Source of the DNA: a virus
DNA length: 64,000 nt
IMG/VR virus record: IMGVR_UViG_3300027759_000056
Span: 32,001 to 96,000 of that record
Direction: 5' to 3' (one strand)
The notes under the pieces were generated by a model that worked only from the letters and a program-made list of their open reading frames with translations, was not told the DNA's origin and made no database searches. Of the stretch, positions 44,824 through 55,846 are shown piece by piece. Every line of letters begins with the position of its first letter. Within the stretch, counting starts at the first letter, position 1. The position numbers and the translations under genes were made by a program.

Positions 44824-46109
44824 TGGCTAAAAAGAATAGAATACACGAAGCTCCAATTGATTATGGAGATAGACCTGAAAGAATGTCACCAGATGTTGAG
44901 GGTAAAATTAATAGAGGTGAAACTCCATTATCTAAAAACCCTGCGTTTCCTGATATTCAAGGTGGTCAAGTACCACAAACTTTTGAACAACTTATTGCAT
45001 CTAAAAGATTCAAAGATGTTGTTGATAAAGTAAAAAGATATACTGGACAAGAAAACATTTCAGGTCAAAATGCTTTAATGCAACTCCAAATGGCAATGAT
45101 GAGAGGGGTTCAAGATTTATTCGCCATCCAAAGAAACAATAAAGAATATTTGGAAAATTTGGCTGTTGATTTAGTTAGAAAAGAAATGGGTGTTAGACCA
45201 GACCAACTACAGTATGATGCAAAACTTGTTGGTATGGGTGAAATTGATATGGAAGGATTTTCTAAAGAAGGTGAAGAACCTGAAGAAGAAGATATTGAAC
45301 AAAATTTCCAACAACAAGAAGAAGATATTGAAGACTTCATTACAGCATTTGAAAGATTTGATATTGAAAAGGCGAAAAGAAGATTTATTAACGCTTTAAT
45401 TCAAGGTTCATCTAAAAAAGGACATTACATGTTTGAATTAGTGAGAGATGAACTTGATAGAATTGACCCAAGATTGTTAAATCTATACGGTGTTGTTATG
45501 TCTATTAATGACTTAATGTATTGGGTATTACCTGACCAAATGATGGATATGATGATGAGTCAAAGTGGTGTTGGTGGAAAAGAAGAGGTTGATATTGAAA
45601 CTGACCCCCCAACAGTAAAGGCTCGTGGTTTATTTTTTCCTATTTTGGTTCATGAGTTAATTAAAGGTACAATGGAAGTATTAGGTACTCAAGGACTTCC
45701 TGATGACCCAAAACAAGCCGAAATGGTAATGGCATCTACAGACACTTTATCAAATGAAATTTGGGATTTAAGATTAGGACCTGTATTATGGGAAAAATTC
45801 TTAACAGCATATCCTGAAAGATTATTTGAAGAAGATAAAAAATTCATACAAAGCTACCTATTTGCAAGATTTTCAGCATTATCCGCTGATGAGTTTTTCA
45901 AACTAGCAAAAATGATTTTAAGAGGTGATGCAAAAGCAACATCTATCTTAGACAGAATGGTTACTGAAATTGTTAATCATCTTAATGAAATTCACAGTGA
46001 TGATGAAGAAGAATCTTCAGATTACGGTAATGAAGATGATGACATTGACCCAGATGATTTAAGTGATTTAGATGATTTCTTAGGTAGTTTAGGTATCGAC
46101 AGGTCCTAA
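44823..46109 (+). CDS. conserved hypothetical protein upstream of terminase
   Basis: KRRFINALIQG; FPILVHELIKG. Confidence 0.6.
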   Translation: MAKKNRIHEAPIDYGDRPERMSPDVEGKINRGETPLSKNPAFPDIQGGQVPQTFEQLIASKRFKDVVDKVKRYTGQENISGQNALMQLQMAMMRGVQDLFAIQRNNKEYLENLAVDLVRKEMGVRPDQLQYDAKLVGMGEIDMEGFSKEGEEPEEEDIEQNFQQQEEDIEDFITAFERFDIEKAKRRFINALIQGSSKKGHYMFELVRDELDRIDPRLLNLYGVVMSINDLMYWVLPDQMMDMMMSQSGVGGKEEVDIETDPPTVKARGLFFPILVHELIKGTMEVLGTQGLPDDPKQAEMVMASTDTLSNEIWDLRLGPVLWEKFLTAYPERLFEEDKKFIQSYLFARFSALSADEFFKLAKMILRGDAKATSILDRMVTEIVNHLNEIHSDDEEESSDYGNEDDDIDPDDLSDLDDFLGSLGIDRS

Positions 46110-46121
46110 CACTAACCTTTT

Positions 46122-47891
46122 ATGGGTTTCACCAAAGAACAATTATTATTAGAATATTCAAGATGTATTAAAAATACACCATACGCTCTTAAGACGTATC
46201 TTCAGACTTATGATAACACTCAGTCAAGATACGTCCCTTTAGAGTTATTTCCCGACCAAGTAAATTTGGTTGAGGACTATGAAAATTACAACGAAAACAT
46301 TGCGTTAAAATATCGTCAGGCAGGTGTGTCTACGGTAACTGCTGCTTGGGCTAGTAAAAGACTTGTATTTGCATCTAAACAAAGACCTGAAAAGGTTTTG
46401 ATTATTGCAAACAAATTGGATACTGCTGTGGAAATGGCAAACAAAATTCGTGGTTTTACAGAACAATGGCCAGCTTGGGTTGGTGTTGGGTTTTCACCAG
46501 ACAAAAACGCGGCGAGACACTTTAAGTTAACTAATGGTTGTGAGGTAAAAGCGGTTGCAACATCAAAAGATGCACTTCGTGGTTATACCCCCACTATGTT
46601 GATATTTGACGAAGCTGCGTATATTGAAGCCGATGGTGATTTCTGGGCTGCCTGTATGGCTTCGTTATCTACGGGTGGTAAAGTTGTTGTTGTATCAACA
46701 CCAAACGGATACGACCCGATTTACTATGAAATTTACGAACAAGCCAATCGTGGAATGAACGATTTCAAAATTACAGAAATGTTTTGGTATCGTGACCCTC
46801 GTTATACAAAAGATTTATATTTGGTTAAAACGGATGAGATTATTCATTACTTGTTAAACCGTGAGGAATATACTGCAGATAAAGTTATTGATTTTTCAGG
46901 TCGTGACCCTTACGAAAGAAATTACGATGAGTTAAAGGCATATTTTGAATTGGGTTATAGACCATGTTCGTCTTGGTTTGAAGCGATGGTTAAAAAACTT
47001 AAGTATGACAAACGTAAAGTTTCTCAGGAATTGGAATGCAACTTCTTGGGTTCGGGTGATAACGTGTTTGATTCTAACTTAATTAAAAACATTACTGACA
47101 ACATGATTAAAGAACCTATCAATAAAATGATGGGTGGTGGACTTTGGATATGGAAAGAACCTGAAATGGGACACAGATACATTATGGGTGTGGACGTTTC
47201 TCGTGGGGATTCTGAGGATTATTCAACATTCCAAATTTACGACTTTGATGTTAAGGAACAAGTTGCTGAATATGTTGGTAAACTTCCCCCTGATGTATTG
47301 GCAGAGATTGCTTACAAATGGGGAAATATGTACAATTGTTTTATCGTAATTGATATCACGGGTGGTATGGGTGTTGCAACGGCAAGAAAACTACAAGAAC
47401 TTGGATACAAAGATTTGTATGTTGATGGTGTTGATTTTGGAAACAAATGGAAATATGACCCAAAGGCTGCTGAAAAAATACCTGGTATTAACTTTAACAA
47501 CAAAAGGGTTCAAATTATTGCGGCACTTGAAGAAAGTTTAAGACACGGATTAATAGTTCATTCATCAAGAATGTTGAATGAAATGAATACATTTGTTTAT
47601 ATCAATGGACGACCAGACCACATGAAAGGACAACATGATGATTTAATTATGTCTTTGGCTATGGCTGTTTATGTATCTGACTCATCTTTTTCACAACTTA
47701 CAAAGGTTACACAACAAGCCAAAACAATGTTGGAATCTTGGACGGTTCAATCTTATGACCCACCAAAAGAACAGTATTTTAATCCAGCAATTCCAAATAA
47801 TAATTTAAAAGATAACCCGGCATATAGAAATCAACCTTCAAAAAAAGATTATGAACAGTATTTATGGGTATTCGGCGGAATGAAGCGTTGA
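46122..47891 (+). CDS. terminase large subunit (T4 gp17-like)
   Basis: KYRQAGVST Walker A, LIFDEAA Walker B, VSTPNG, QELECNF, GVDVSRG, HDDLIMS. Confidence 0.95.
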   Translation: MGFTKEQLLLEYSRCIKNTPYALKTYLQTYDNTQSRYVPLELFPDQVNLVEDYENYNENIALKYRQAGVSTVTAAWASKRLVFASKQRPEKVLIIANKLDTAVEMANKIRGFTEQWPAWVGVGFSPDKNAARHFKLTNGCEVKAVATSKDALRGYTPTMLIFDEAAYIEADGDFWAACMASLSTGGKVVVVSTPNGYDPIYYEIYEQANRGMNDFKITEMFWYRDPRYTKDLYLVKTDEIIHYLLNREEYTADKVIDFSGRDPYERNYDELKAYFELGYRPCSSWFEAMVKKLKYDKRKVSQELECNFLGSGDNVFDSNLIKNITDNMIKEPINKMMGGGLWIWKEPEMGHRYIMGVDVSRGDSEDYSTFQIYDFDVKEQVAEYVGKLPPDVLAEIAYKWGNMYNCFIVIDITGGMGVATARKLQELGYKDLYVDGVDFGNKWKYDPKAAEKIPGINFNNKRVQIIAALEESLRHGLIVHSSRMLNEMNTFVYINGRPDHMKGQHDDLIMSLAMAVYVSDSSFSQLTKVTQQAKTMLESWTVQSYDPPKEQYFNPAIPNNNLKDNPAYRNQPSKKDYEQYLWVFGGMKR

Positions 47892-47921
47892 TAAAAAAAT
47901 AATATAATATAGATTTTTAAT

Positions 47922-49745
47922 ATGGAGCAAAAAAACTTGACAATATGGCAAAGATTATCCCAAGAGTTAGGACCTAATTCTTTGATGGGTCAAGATATAC
48001 CCACATTTAAGTTTGATAAAAAAGAACTTTTAAGAACTCAAGATAAGGCCGAGTACGAAAAACAAAAATTACAAGCACAACAAACTTTTTATATTACAAG
48101 CCAATGGGCTAAAATTGAAAACAATCTTTATAGTCAAGCGGTATATTATGAACCAACTCGTTTGGCATCTTATTATGATTACGAATCAATGGAATATACT
48201 CCTGAGATTTCTGCTGCGTTGGATACATACGCTGAAGAATCTACAACTGTAGATGAAGATGGTTACATGTTACAAATATATTGTGATTCACCAAGAATCA
48301 AAGCAGTATTGGGGGATTTATTCAACAATGCTTTAGATATCAATACAAACTTACCAATGTGGACTCGTAATACCTCTAAATATGGTGATAACTTTGTTTT
48401 CTTAAAGTTGGACCCTGAAAAAGGTGTTGTGGGTTGTTTACAATTACCAAACATTGAGGTAGAACGTATTGAAGTTGGTATGAAAGGTAGAGCCACTTCA
48501 GGTTATGGTGGACCAACAGCGTCAAACGCTGGTGTTAAGAGTCTTACATTTACTTGGAAAAACAAACAACTTGAATTTAACAGTTGGGAAATTGCCCACT
48601 TTAGATTATTGGGTGACGATAGAAAACTTCCTTACGGTACATCAATGTTGGAAAAAGCAAGACGTACTTGGAAACAGTTGGTATTGGCTGAAGACGCCAT
48701 GTTGGTTTACAGAACATCAAGAGCACCTGAAAGACGTGTGTTCAAAGTGTTTGTTGGTAACATGGATGATGCGGATATTCAACCATATGTTCAAAGATTC
48801 GCACAACAGTTTAAGAAAGACCAAGTTGTTGACCCTCAATCAGGAAACGTGGATATGAGATTCAACCAAATGGCGGTTGACCAAGATTTCTTTGTTCCTG
48901 TTCGTGACCCGTCAGCACCAAACCCAATCGATACTTTGCCAGGAGCACAAAACTTATCAGAAATTGCTGATATTGAATATATCCAAAAGAAACTTTTAAC
49001 AGCGTTAAGAATTCCAAAAGCATTTTTAGGATTTGAAGAAGTTGTTGGTGATGGTAGAAACTTGTCATTACAAGATATTCGTTTCGCTCGTACAATTAAC
49101 AGAATTCAAAAATCTATGGTTGCTGAACTTAACAAGATTGCAATCATTCACTTATTCTTATTAGGATTTGAAGATGAATTGGGTTCATTTCAATTAAGTT
49201 TAACTAACCCATCTAAACAAGCTGACTTACTTACCATTGACGTATGGAAAGAGAAAATGTTGTTATATAAAGATGCTGTCGCACCTGTTGAAGGTATTGC
49301 TCCAACATCACAAACTTGGGCTAAGAAACATATTCTTGGATTCTCTGATGAAGAAATTAAGTTGGATTTACAACAACAAAGATTGGAAAAAGCGGTTTCA
49401 CTTGAAATACAAAATACTGGTAATGTTATTACCAAGACAGGTATTTTTGATAACATGGATAGACTGTATGGTAATGGTTCATCATCAGGAGCCACAGCAA
49501 CACCACCAGCTGAAGGTGGAGGTGATATGGGTGGATTTGGTTCTGATTTAGGTGGAGGAGCTACACCACCGGCAGAGGCACCACCAGCAGGAGGTGAAAC
49601 TGCGGTTACACCAGAATCAGTTAAAAAAGATATGAATATGATTTTGGAACGTGATAATGTCTATGGTGTTGATGATATTGATTTAGAAAAAGGTAGTCGT
49701 TCTTTGGGGGTTATTGAAGAATCTCTTAGAAAACTGATAGATTGA
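47922..49745 (+). CDS. portal protein (T4 gp20-like)
   Basis: EDAMLVYRTSRAPERRVFKV.VGN, DTLPG, I.DIEY.QKKL..ALRIP. Confidence 0.95.
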   Translation: MEQKNLTIWQRLSQELGPNSLMGQDIPTFKFDKKELLRTQDKAEYEKQKLQAQQTFYITSQWAKIENNLYSQAVYYEPTRLASYYDYESMEYTPEISAALDTYAEESTTVDEDGYMLQIYCDSPRIKAVLGDLFNNALDINTNLPMWTRNTSKYGDNFVFLKLDPEKGVVGCLQLPNIEVERIEVGMKGRATSGYGGPTASNAGVKSLTFTWKNKQLEFNSWEIAHFRLLGDDRKLPYGTSMLEKARRTWKQLVLAEDAMLVYRTSRAPERRVFKVFVGNMDDADIQPYVQRFAQQFKKDQVVDPQSGNVDMRFNQMAVDQDFFVPVRDPSAPNPIDTLPGAQNLSEIADIEYIQKKLLTALRIPKAFLGFEEVVGDGRNLSLQDIRFARTINRIQKSMVAELNKIAIIHLFLLGFEDELGSFQLSLTNPSKQADLLTIDVWKEKMLLYKDAVAPVEGIAPTSQTWAKKHILGFSDEEIKLDLQQQRLEKAVSLEIQNTGNVITKTGIFDNMDRLYGNGSSSGATATPPAEGGGDMGGFGSDLGGGATPPAEAPPAGGETAVTPESVKKDMNMILERDNVYGVDDIDLEKGSRSLGVIEESLRKLID

Positions 49746-49768
49746 TATATTTATTAATAAAACCTATT

Positions 49769-50470
49769 ATGAAATTTGGACAATTAATGAGCAAAATAGA
49801 AGAGTTATTGGTTAACTCTTATATTACAGAAACCGCTAAAATGGAGTTAAAGAACTTCAAAAGCTTGGTATTGGAAAATAAAAACGCCAGTACAATGTTT
49901 TATATTTACACTGAATTGTCTAAGAAAAAAGGTTATGATAAAGAAATTGCTGAAGCATATATCAATGAATCTTTGAAACACATCGAAAAATTTTTACCAA
50001 AATTAAATACACAAAAGATTGAATATTGGGTTAAAGATGTAGTGTGTGAAAATAACTACAAAGATATCGACAATATCGTTTACGGTACACCAGACAAAAT
50101 TATTGAAACGGTTACTAGCAAAAAAACGTTAATAAAATTATTAGGTGAATCAACTGAGGTTAAATCTCACATTAATTTACCAATAGAAACTTTATTAAAC
50201 ATAGCCAACAAATCAATCAAAGGATACATCGAAAATTTAGATGAAGATTCTAAGAAAGATTTGTCTAAAGTATTAATGACAGAAGATGTGGAACTCTCGA
50301 AAGAATTTGATGACTTAAAATCAAAGACTATTGGTAAATTGGGTAACATCAGAGAATCTTTAGATGACGTAACTAGTAAGAAATTACAGGAAACTATCGA
50401 ACAGATTCAGTCAGATACTTTTTCAAAAATCAATTATGTGAGATTATATAATCTCCACAACAATTTATAA
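49769..50470 (+). CDS. hypothetical head-module protein
   Basis: Directly after portal; TATTTAT at 49748. Confidence 0.55.
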   Translation: MKFGQLMSKIEELLVNSYITETAKMELKNFKSLVLENKNASTMFYIYTELSKKKGYDKEIAEAYINESLKHIEKFLPKLNTQKIEYWVKDVVCENNYKDIDNIVYGTPDKIIETVTSKKTLIKLLGESTEVKSHINLPIETLLNIANKSIKGYIENLDEDSKKDLSKVLMTEDVELSKEFDDLKSKTIGKLGNIRESLDDVTSKKLQETIEQIQSDTFSKINYVRLYNLHNNL

Positions 50471-50659
50471 ATTATCTTTATCTTTTTGGGACTGAACGTA
50501 TTTGGCTTTCAGTTTCTGATTTCTTTTCAAAACACTTTGTTTTTCGTACTGTAATCTCTCACGTAACTTTTCATTTTGTTTTGTTTTGATTACTTTTCCT
50601 TTCAGAACTTTCAAAGCTTTCTCCAAATTCTGACCATTTTCTATTTTTACTTTTAACAT
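50465..50659 (-). CDS. rpsU: ribosomal protein bS21
   Basis: VKIENGQNLEKALKVLK.KV.KT....LRERLQYEKQSVLKR bS21 pattern. Confidence 0.85.
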   Translation of the reverse strand: MLKVKIENGQNLEKALKVLKGKVIKTKQNEKLRERLQYEKQSVLKRNQKLKAKYVQSQKDKDNL

Positions 50660-50756
50660 ATCCTATTAAATAACCCAAAGATACAAAAAAGTTTGACATG
50701 GTAATTAAATTTGATTAAATTTTATCAACAAATAAATCTAATTAAAATGATTATTA

Positions 50757-51200
50757 ATGAAAAAAGGGAAAACGGCACGAATCATTGGGTTCAATGATTC
50801 AAAGGTGAGTTATGGTACAGTTGATTCAAAAAATTTCAAATCACTATACTTAAACTTACAAAGTTGGGTATCACCAAAAGAAAGTTATGAGAAGTGGGAA
50901 AGAATTGTAGGAAATTTTAGCAGAAGCATAAAACATACAGTTTACGAAATTGCTGATAAAGACACATTCAAAGAAACAAATATTGTTGATTTAGATTTAC
51001 GAACAAGTGGAATTTATTATGGAAAAAAGAGTTTTATGAATTTGGAAATAACTCTTTTTCTAAATGAAAACACGGATTTCAAAGACCCCCAACTCAAAGA
51101 AAAACTTAAGAAAATTGCCAAAGCTATTTACGTAGATAATTTTAAGAATAACGACTATTTTGATTTTACTGTCTCAAAGAAAGTAAAAGATACAATTTGA
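50757..51200 (+). CDS. hypothetical protein
   Basis: Intact ORF divergent from bS21. Confidence 0.6.
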   Translation: MKKGKTARIIGFNDSKVSYGTVDSKNFKSLYLNLQSWVSPKESYEKWERIVGNFSRSIKHTVYEIADKDTFKETNIVDLDLRTSGIYYGKKSFMNLEITLFLNENTDFKDPQLKEKLKKIAKAIYVDNFKNNDYFDFTVSKKVKDTI

Positions 51201-51225
51201 TGGTATTTATTATTAAAATGTTTTT

Positions 51226-51954
51226 ATGAAAATATTAGGACCACAAGATACAGGTAAAGGAATATTGGTTGAAATGGATGCGGGATATATTTCCCCAAAC
51301 GAAACTCACAATAAGAATTTATTAGAGCAAGCCAACAAAAACATGTTGGACTATTCAAAACCATTTGAATTCTATGCCGTACTGCAAAAATACAATACAC
51401 CAAACCGTAACGGTAGAGTGTATCCTGAAAAGATTCTCAAAAGAGAAGCTGACAACTATAAGAAGATGATTGCCAAAGGTACATCATTGTCTGAATTAAA
51501 CCACCCTGAATCATCGTTAATTGACCTTGACAGAGTATCTCACCTTATCAATGACGTATGGTGGGACGGACACATCCTTATGGGTAAATTAAAGCTTCTA
51601 ACGTCACCTGGGTTCCACGAAAGAGGAATTGTATCTACCAAGGGTGACCAAGCGGCAAACTTACTAAGACAGGGGGTTACATTAGGTATATCATCACGTG
51701 GTGTTGGTTCACTTAAAAAGGTTGGTGAACAGAATGAAGTACAAGGAGATTTTGAATTAATTTGTTTTGACTTAGTATCATCACCATCTACACCTGGTGC
51801 ATACTTGTTTACTAATGTTGAAGATAGAAATAAATTTGAGGAAAATTTGGAAGAAGAGAAGGTTTCAAGAACACCCGAAATTGGAGTAAGTGAAAAAGGA
51901 ATGAACCGCTCTATTGACTTATTGAAAAAATTAAATCATTATTTGGACAAATAA
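51226..51954 (+). CDS. prohead core protease (T4 gp21-like)
   Basis: NRNGRVYP, ELNHP, VSHLI, GISSRGVGS, FDLVSSPSTPGA. Confidence 0.95.
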   Translation: MKILGPQDTGKGILVEMDAGYISPNETHNKNLLEQANKNMLDYSKPFEFYAVLQKYNTPNRNGRVYPEKILKREADNYKKMIAKGTSLSELNHPESSLIDLDRVSHLINDVWWDGHILMGKLKLLTSPGFHERGIVSTKGDQAANLLRQGVTLGISSRGVGSLKKVGEQNEVQGDFELICFDLVSSPSTPGAYLFTNVEDRNKFEENLEEEKVSRTPEIGVSEKGMNRSIDLLKKLNHYLDK

Positions 51955-51964
51955 TATTAAAAAC

Positions 51965-52177
51965 ATGGACGAAAAATATTTTGTAGCAAAAGTACAGTAC
52001 GAACTACCTGATGAAAATACAGGTAAATTGAAGAAAATTAGAGAAGAGAAATTGGTGAAAGGTTACTCAGTAACCGATGTAGAAGCCAAGGTTACTTCAC
52101 GATACCAAGGGTTCCAACATGATTGGCGAATCACGGCAGTATCAGAGAGTAAAATTGACGAAGTTATTGAAGATTAA
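51965..52177 (+). CDS. DUF4494-like small protein
   Basis: YFVAKVQY...GKLKKIREEKLV...SVTDVEA. Confidence 0.55.
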   Translation: MDEKYFVAKVQYELPDENTGKLKKIREEKLVKGYSVTDVEAKVTSRYQGFQHDWRITAVSESKIDEVIED

Positions 52178-52291
52178 TAAAAACCCCTCCTAACCGAGGG
52201 GTTTTTTTATTTATTTTGGGTTTCTGCCAACCCAACACCAACTTTTTTTAAGTTGGGGCATATTTATTATGTAAATTATTCTAAAATTTAT

Positions 52292-53869
52292 ATGGCAGAC
52301 AAAAAGTCATTAGTCGAGGAAGCATTACTTCAAATGAAAAATTTGGAAGAAGTAGTGGCTGAAAATGCAAAAGGAATACTTGCTTCAACAATGAAGGGAG
52401 AAATCGCAGAATTAGTAAAAGAGTCTTTGAAAAAAGAGACTGACGAACAAGAAGAAGACGAGATGGGTATTGAAATGGATTCTATGGATGACATGGGAGA
52501 CGAAGATGAAATGGAAATCGACATGGATATGGACGATGAAGATGACATGGACGTTGAAGACATGGAAGATGACATGGAAATGGATTTCGATATGGACTCG
52601 GAAGATGAACAACCAATTGACCTTACAAACGCTTCAGATGAAGAAATCTTAAAGGTTTTCAAATCTATGGGTGATGAAGATGGTATTATCGTTAAAAAAG
52701 ACGACAACCAAATCACTTTGGAAGATGAAGACGAAGATGCTGAATATATTATTCAGTTAGAAAGCGACATGGAAGAAGACACTATTGAAGAAATGGATGA
52801 TGTTGAAATGGACGAGTATGAAATGGAAGAATCTGAATTATCTAACAAACAGTTAGATGATATGATGGCTGACATTTTTGGTTCTGAAATGGGAGAGTCT
52901 GATATGGAAGAAGAGTGGAACGAATCTGATTTAGAAGAAGACGATGATGTTGTTTACGAAATAACTATGGATGATGACGATGAAGAAGAAGAGGAAGAAG
53001 AAGAATCCGTAAACGAAAATAAATTTACAGTTAAACCAAAAATGGGAACATTGAAAAAATCATCATTAACTACTAAAGCAGAAACTAAAGAAGGTTCAAT
53101 GATGTCAAAACCTGTAGTTGGTAAAGGTGTAAAAACAGGTACAGCTAAATTTGAATATAAAGGAGGTAAAAAAATGGAAACAAAAGAAGCTTCTATCGAA
53201 CCAAAAGGTAAAGCTAAAGGTGTCGGTATGAATTTATCTCCAAAGAAATTCGAATACAAAGAGGGTGAAATGGAAGAAAACTATGGTTCTAAAAAACACG
53301 AATACAGACGTAAGGATGTTGATGGTGTTGAAAAGAAAGCTGGTGAAAAAGGTGGTCATTACAAAGATTACGAAAAAGAGGAAACTAAAGAAGCTGCTAG
53401 AACTTTATCTAACGGTACAAGAAACTACCCAATGAGAAAAGGATTACCTAAAATGAAAGTTAAACCTAATTCAGCTCTTTCTGAAGAAGTAGTACGTTTG
53501 AGAGAAAAGAACGAAGAGTATAGAAAAGCTTTGAATGTATTCAGAGAAAAATTAAATGAAGTTGCGGTGTTCAACTCAAACTTAGCTTACGCTACAAGAT
53601 TGTTTACTGAACATACAACAACTAAACAAGAAAAAATCAACATCTTAAGAAGATTTGATGACGTTGAATCATTGAAAGAATCTAAGTCTTTGTACGGCTC
53701 AATCAAAAACGAATTAACAAATAATAATCAAAGTGTTGTAACTGAATCTATGTCTAAGATTGAAAAATCTCCATCATCAGGTTCGGCTCAAAACTTAATT
53801 GAATCTAAGACATACGAAAATCCACAATTCTTAAGAATGAAGGATATCATGTCTAAAATAGTAAAATAA
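52292..53869 (+). CDS. prohead scaffolding/core protein (T4 gp22-like)
   Basis: Acidic coiled-coil between protease and capsid gene; LNEVAVFNSNLAY. Confidence 0.7.
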   Translation: MADKKSLVEEALLQMKNLEEVVAENAKGILASTMKGEIAELVKESLKKETDEQEEDEMGIEMDSMDDMGDEDEMEIDMDMDDEDDMDVEDMEDDMEMDFDMDSEDEQPIDLTNASDEEILKVFKSMGDEDGIIVKKDDNQITLEDEDEDAEYIIQLESDMEEDTIEEMDDVEMDEYEMEESELSNKQLDDMMADIFGSEMGESDMEEEWNESDLEEDDDVVYEITMDDDDEEEEEEEESVNENKFTVKPKMGTLKKSSLTTKAETKEGSMMSKPVVGKGVKTGTAKFEYKGGKKMETKEASIEPKGKAKGVGMNLSPKKFEYKEGEMEENYGSKKHEYRRKDVDGVEKKAGEKGGHYKDYEKEETKEAARTLSNGTRNYPMRKGLPKMKVKPNSALSEEVVRLREKNEEYRKALNVFREKLNEVAVFNSNLAYATRLFTEHTTTKQEKINILRRFDDVESLKESKSLYGSIKNELTNNNQSVVTESMSKIEKSPSSGSAQNLIESKTYENPQFLRMKDIMSKIVK

Positions 53870-53905
53870 AAATAAACATAAAACTAAAAAAAAAATAAAA
53901 TTAAA

Positions 53906-55798
53906 ATGGGTGCATTATTAGAAAGCGGTCTAGTTGGTAACATTGGGTTGAAACACTTAAAAGTTATCAAAGAAGACACAATTAACAAATGGGATAAACT
54001 TGGCTTTTTGGAAGGTTTGAAAGGTCACATGAAAGAAAACGTAGCTCAGTTGTACGAAAACCAAGCTTCACACTTAATCAATGAGGCTTCTTCAACTTCT
54101 GACTCTGGTTCTTTTGAAACAGTTGTTTTCCCAATCGTGAGAAGAGTATTCTCTAAATTATTAGCTAACGACATCGTGTCAGTACAAGCAATGAACTTAC
54201 CAATCGGTAAATTGTTCTACTTCGTACCTAAAATTCAAGGTTACTCTGGTGGTACTTCTACTAACGGATACTTTGGTGATAGTGGTTCACACTACGCTCC
54301 AATAGGTTCTCCAGGAAACTATCAAGGTAATCCTAATCTTGGTTATACTGAGGTAAATGCTGGTTCTGGTACCTACAATCCTATCTTTAACAAAGATTTG
54401 TATGACTTATTCTACGAAGGTAACGAACCAAACTTGGACCCACCAGGATTGTTTGATTACTCTAAAGGTCAGTGGACAGCTGTAACAGCTACAACTGTAA
54501 CTTACGCATGGGATGCAGCTGGTTATTTATTACCATCAGCATATAACACAAGTACACCTATCCCTAATAACACAACTTCTAATTTCAGAAAAGTAATCAT
54601 CGTTATGAGTGGATTCTCTAGTGCGGGTGCTGGTCAATTGATTGGTCCAAATGGTAATACTATGGACACTGAAGAATTCTTGTCTGGTTTGAACATTTTT
54701 GGTGTTTCTGGTAACCAATACACTTCAGGTAACACACAAGCTCCTTACTTATTCAGAGTAGTAACTCAAAGATATGGTAAAGGTATTGTTCAATACGGTA
54801 GTAACGTTAATGTTAACTTCCCTAGTGGTCCTGGTACTTACAACGCTAACTCAGGTGGTTCTTTCTACAACGTATGTGACGCACAAGGTTTCATTTTCTT
54901 AGAAATCGATTTACAAACACCTGTTTGTATTTCTTGTGGTGACACATCTCCTGATGGTTACACAGGTTCAACATTCTCTTCATCAACAGTTGCAAACAAC
55001 GCATTCATTGCAGTTTACAGATTGTATAAAGAGTTGGAATTTGAAGACCAAATCGGTGAAGTTTCTTTCGACCTTGAATCAGTTACTGTTTCAGTTACAG
55101 AAAGAAAATTAAGAGCTCAATGGTCTCCTGAATTGGCTCAAGACGTTGCAGCGTTCCACAACATTGATGCTGAAGCTGAATTAACAGCTTTATTGTCAGA
55201 ACAAGTTGCGGCTGAAATCGACAGAGAAATCTTACGTGATTTGAGAAAAGGTGCGGCATGGAACTTGAGATGGGATTACAACGGTTGGAAGAGATTAGCT
55301 TCTTCTGGAACTACACCATACACTCAAAAAGATTGGAACCAAACTTTGATTACTGCTATCAACCAATTGTCAGCTCAAATCCACAAATCAACATTGAGAG
55401 GTGGAGCTAACTGGATTGTTGTATCTTCTGAAGTTTCAGCTATCTTTGATGATTTGGAATACTTCCACGTATCAAACGCAGCTCCTGACCAAGACCAATA
55501 CAACATGGGTATCGAAAGAATCGGTACATTGTCAGGAAGATACCAAGTGTATCGTGACCCTTACTTCCCAGCTAACCAAGTGTTAATCGGACACAAAGGT
55601 ACAAGCTTGTTGGATACTGGTTACATCTACGCTCCATATGTTCCTTTACAGTTGACTCCAACTATGTATAACCCATTCAACTTCACACCTATCAAGGGTA
55701 TCATGACAAGATACGCTAAGAAAATGGTTAACAACCGTTTCTATGGTAGAGTAACAGTTGATGGTGTAAGAACATTCAACTTACAAGAATTGAGATAA
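53906..55798 (+). CDS. major capsid protein (T4 gp23-like) with large insertion
   Basis: FPIVRRVF, VSVQAM..P.G, RKLRAQWSPELAQD..AFH.IDAEAEL, EIDREI, YAPYVPL, GIMTRY. Confidence 0.97.
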   Translation: MGALLESGLVGNIGLKHLKVIKEDTINKWDKLGFLEGLKGHMKENVAQLYENQASHLINEASSTSDSGSFETVVFPIVRRVFSKLLANDIVSVQAMNLPIGKLFYFVPKIQGYSGGTSTNGYFGDSGSHYAPIGSPGNYQGNPNLGYTEVNAGSGTYNPIFNKDLYDLFYEGNEPNLDPPGLFDYSKGQWTAVTATTVTYAWDAAGYLLPSAYNTSTPIPNNTTSNFRKVIIVMSGFSSAGAGQLIGPNGNTMDTEEFLSGLNIFGVSGNQYTSGNTQAPYLFRVVTQRYGKGIVQYGSNVNVNFPSGPGTYNANSGGSFYNVCDAQGFIFLEIDLQTPVCISCGDTSPDGYTGSTFSSSTVANNAFIAVYRLYKELEFEDQIGEVSFDLESVTVSVTERKLRAQWSPELAQDVAAFHNIDAEAELTALLSEQVAAEIDREILRDLRKGAAWNLRWDYNGWKRLASSGTTPYTQKDWNQTLITAINQLSAQIHKSTLRGGANWIVVSSEVSAIFDDLEYFHVSNAAPDQDQYNMGIERIGTLSGRYQVYRDPYFPANQVLIGHKGTSLLDTGYIYAPYVPLQLTPTMYNPFNFTPIKGIMTRYAKKMVNNRFYGRVTVDGVRTFNLQELR

Positions 55799-55815
55799 TC
55801 TCAAAAATTCATAAA

Positions 55816-55846
55816 AAGAAAAGGGGACCAAAAGTCCCCTTTTTTT
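55816..55846. terminator. bidirectional terminator after the capsid gene
   Basis: AAAAGGGGAC-CAAAA-GTCCCCTTTTTTT. Confidence 0.85.

Noticed and set aside
46122-55798. Inteins or introns in terminase, portal or capsid genes
   Set aside because: ORFs are continuous, of expected size, and show no intein or LAGLIDADG motifs.
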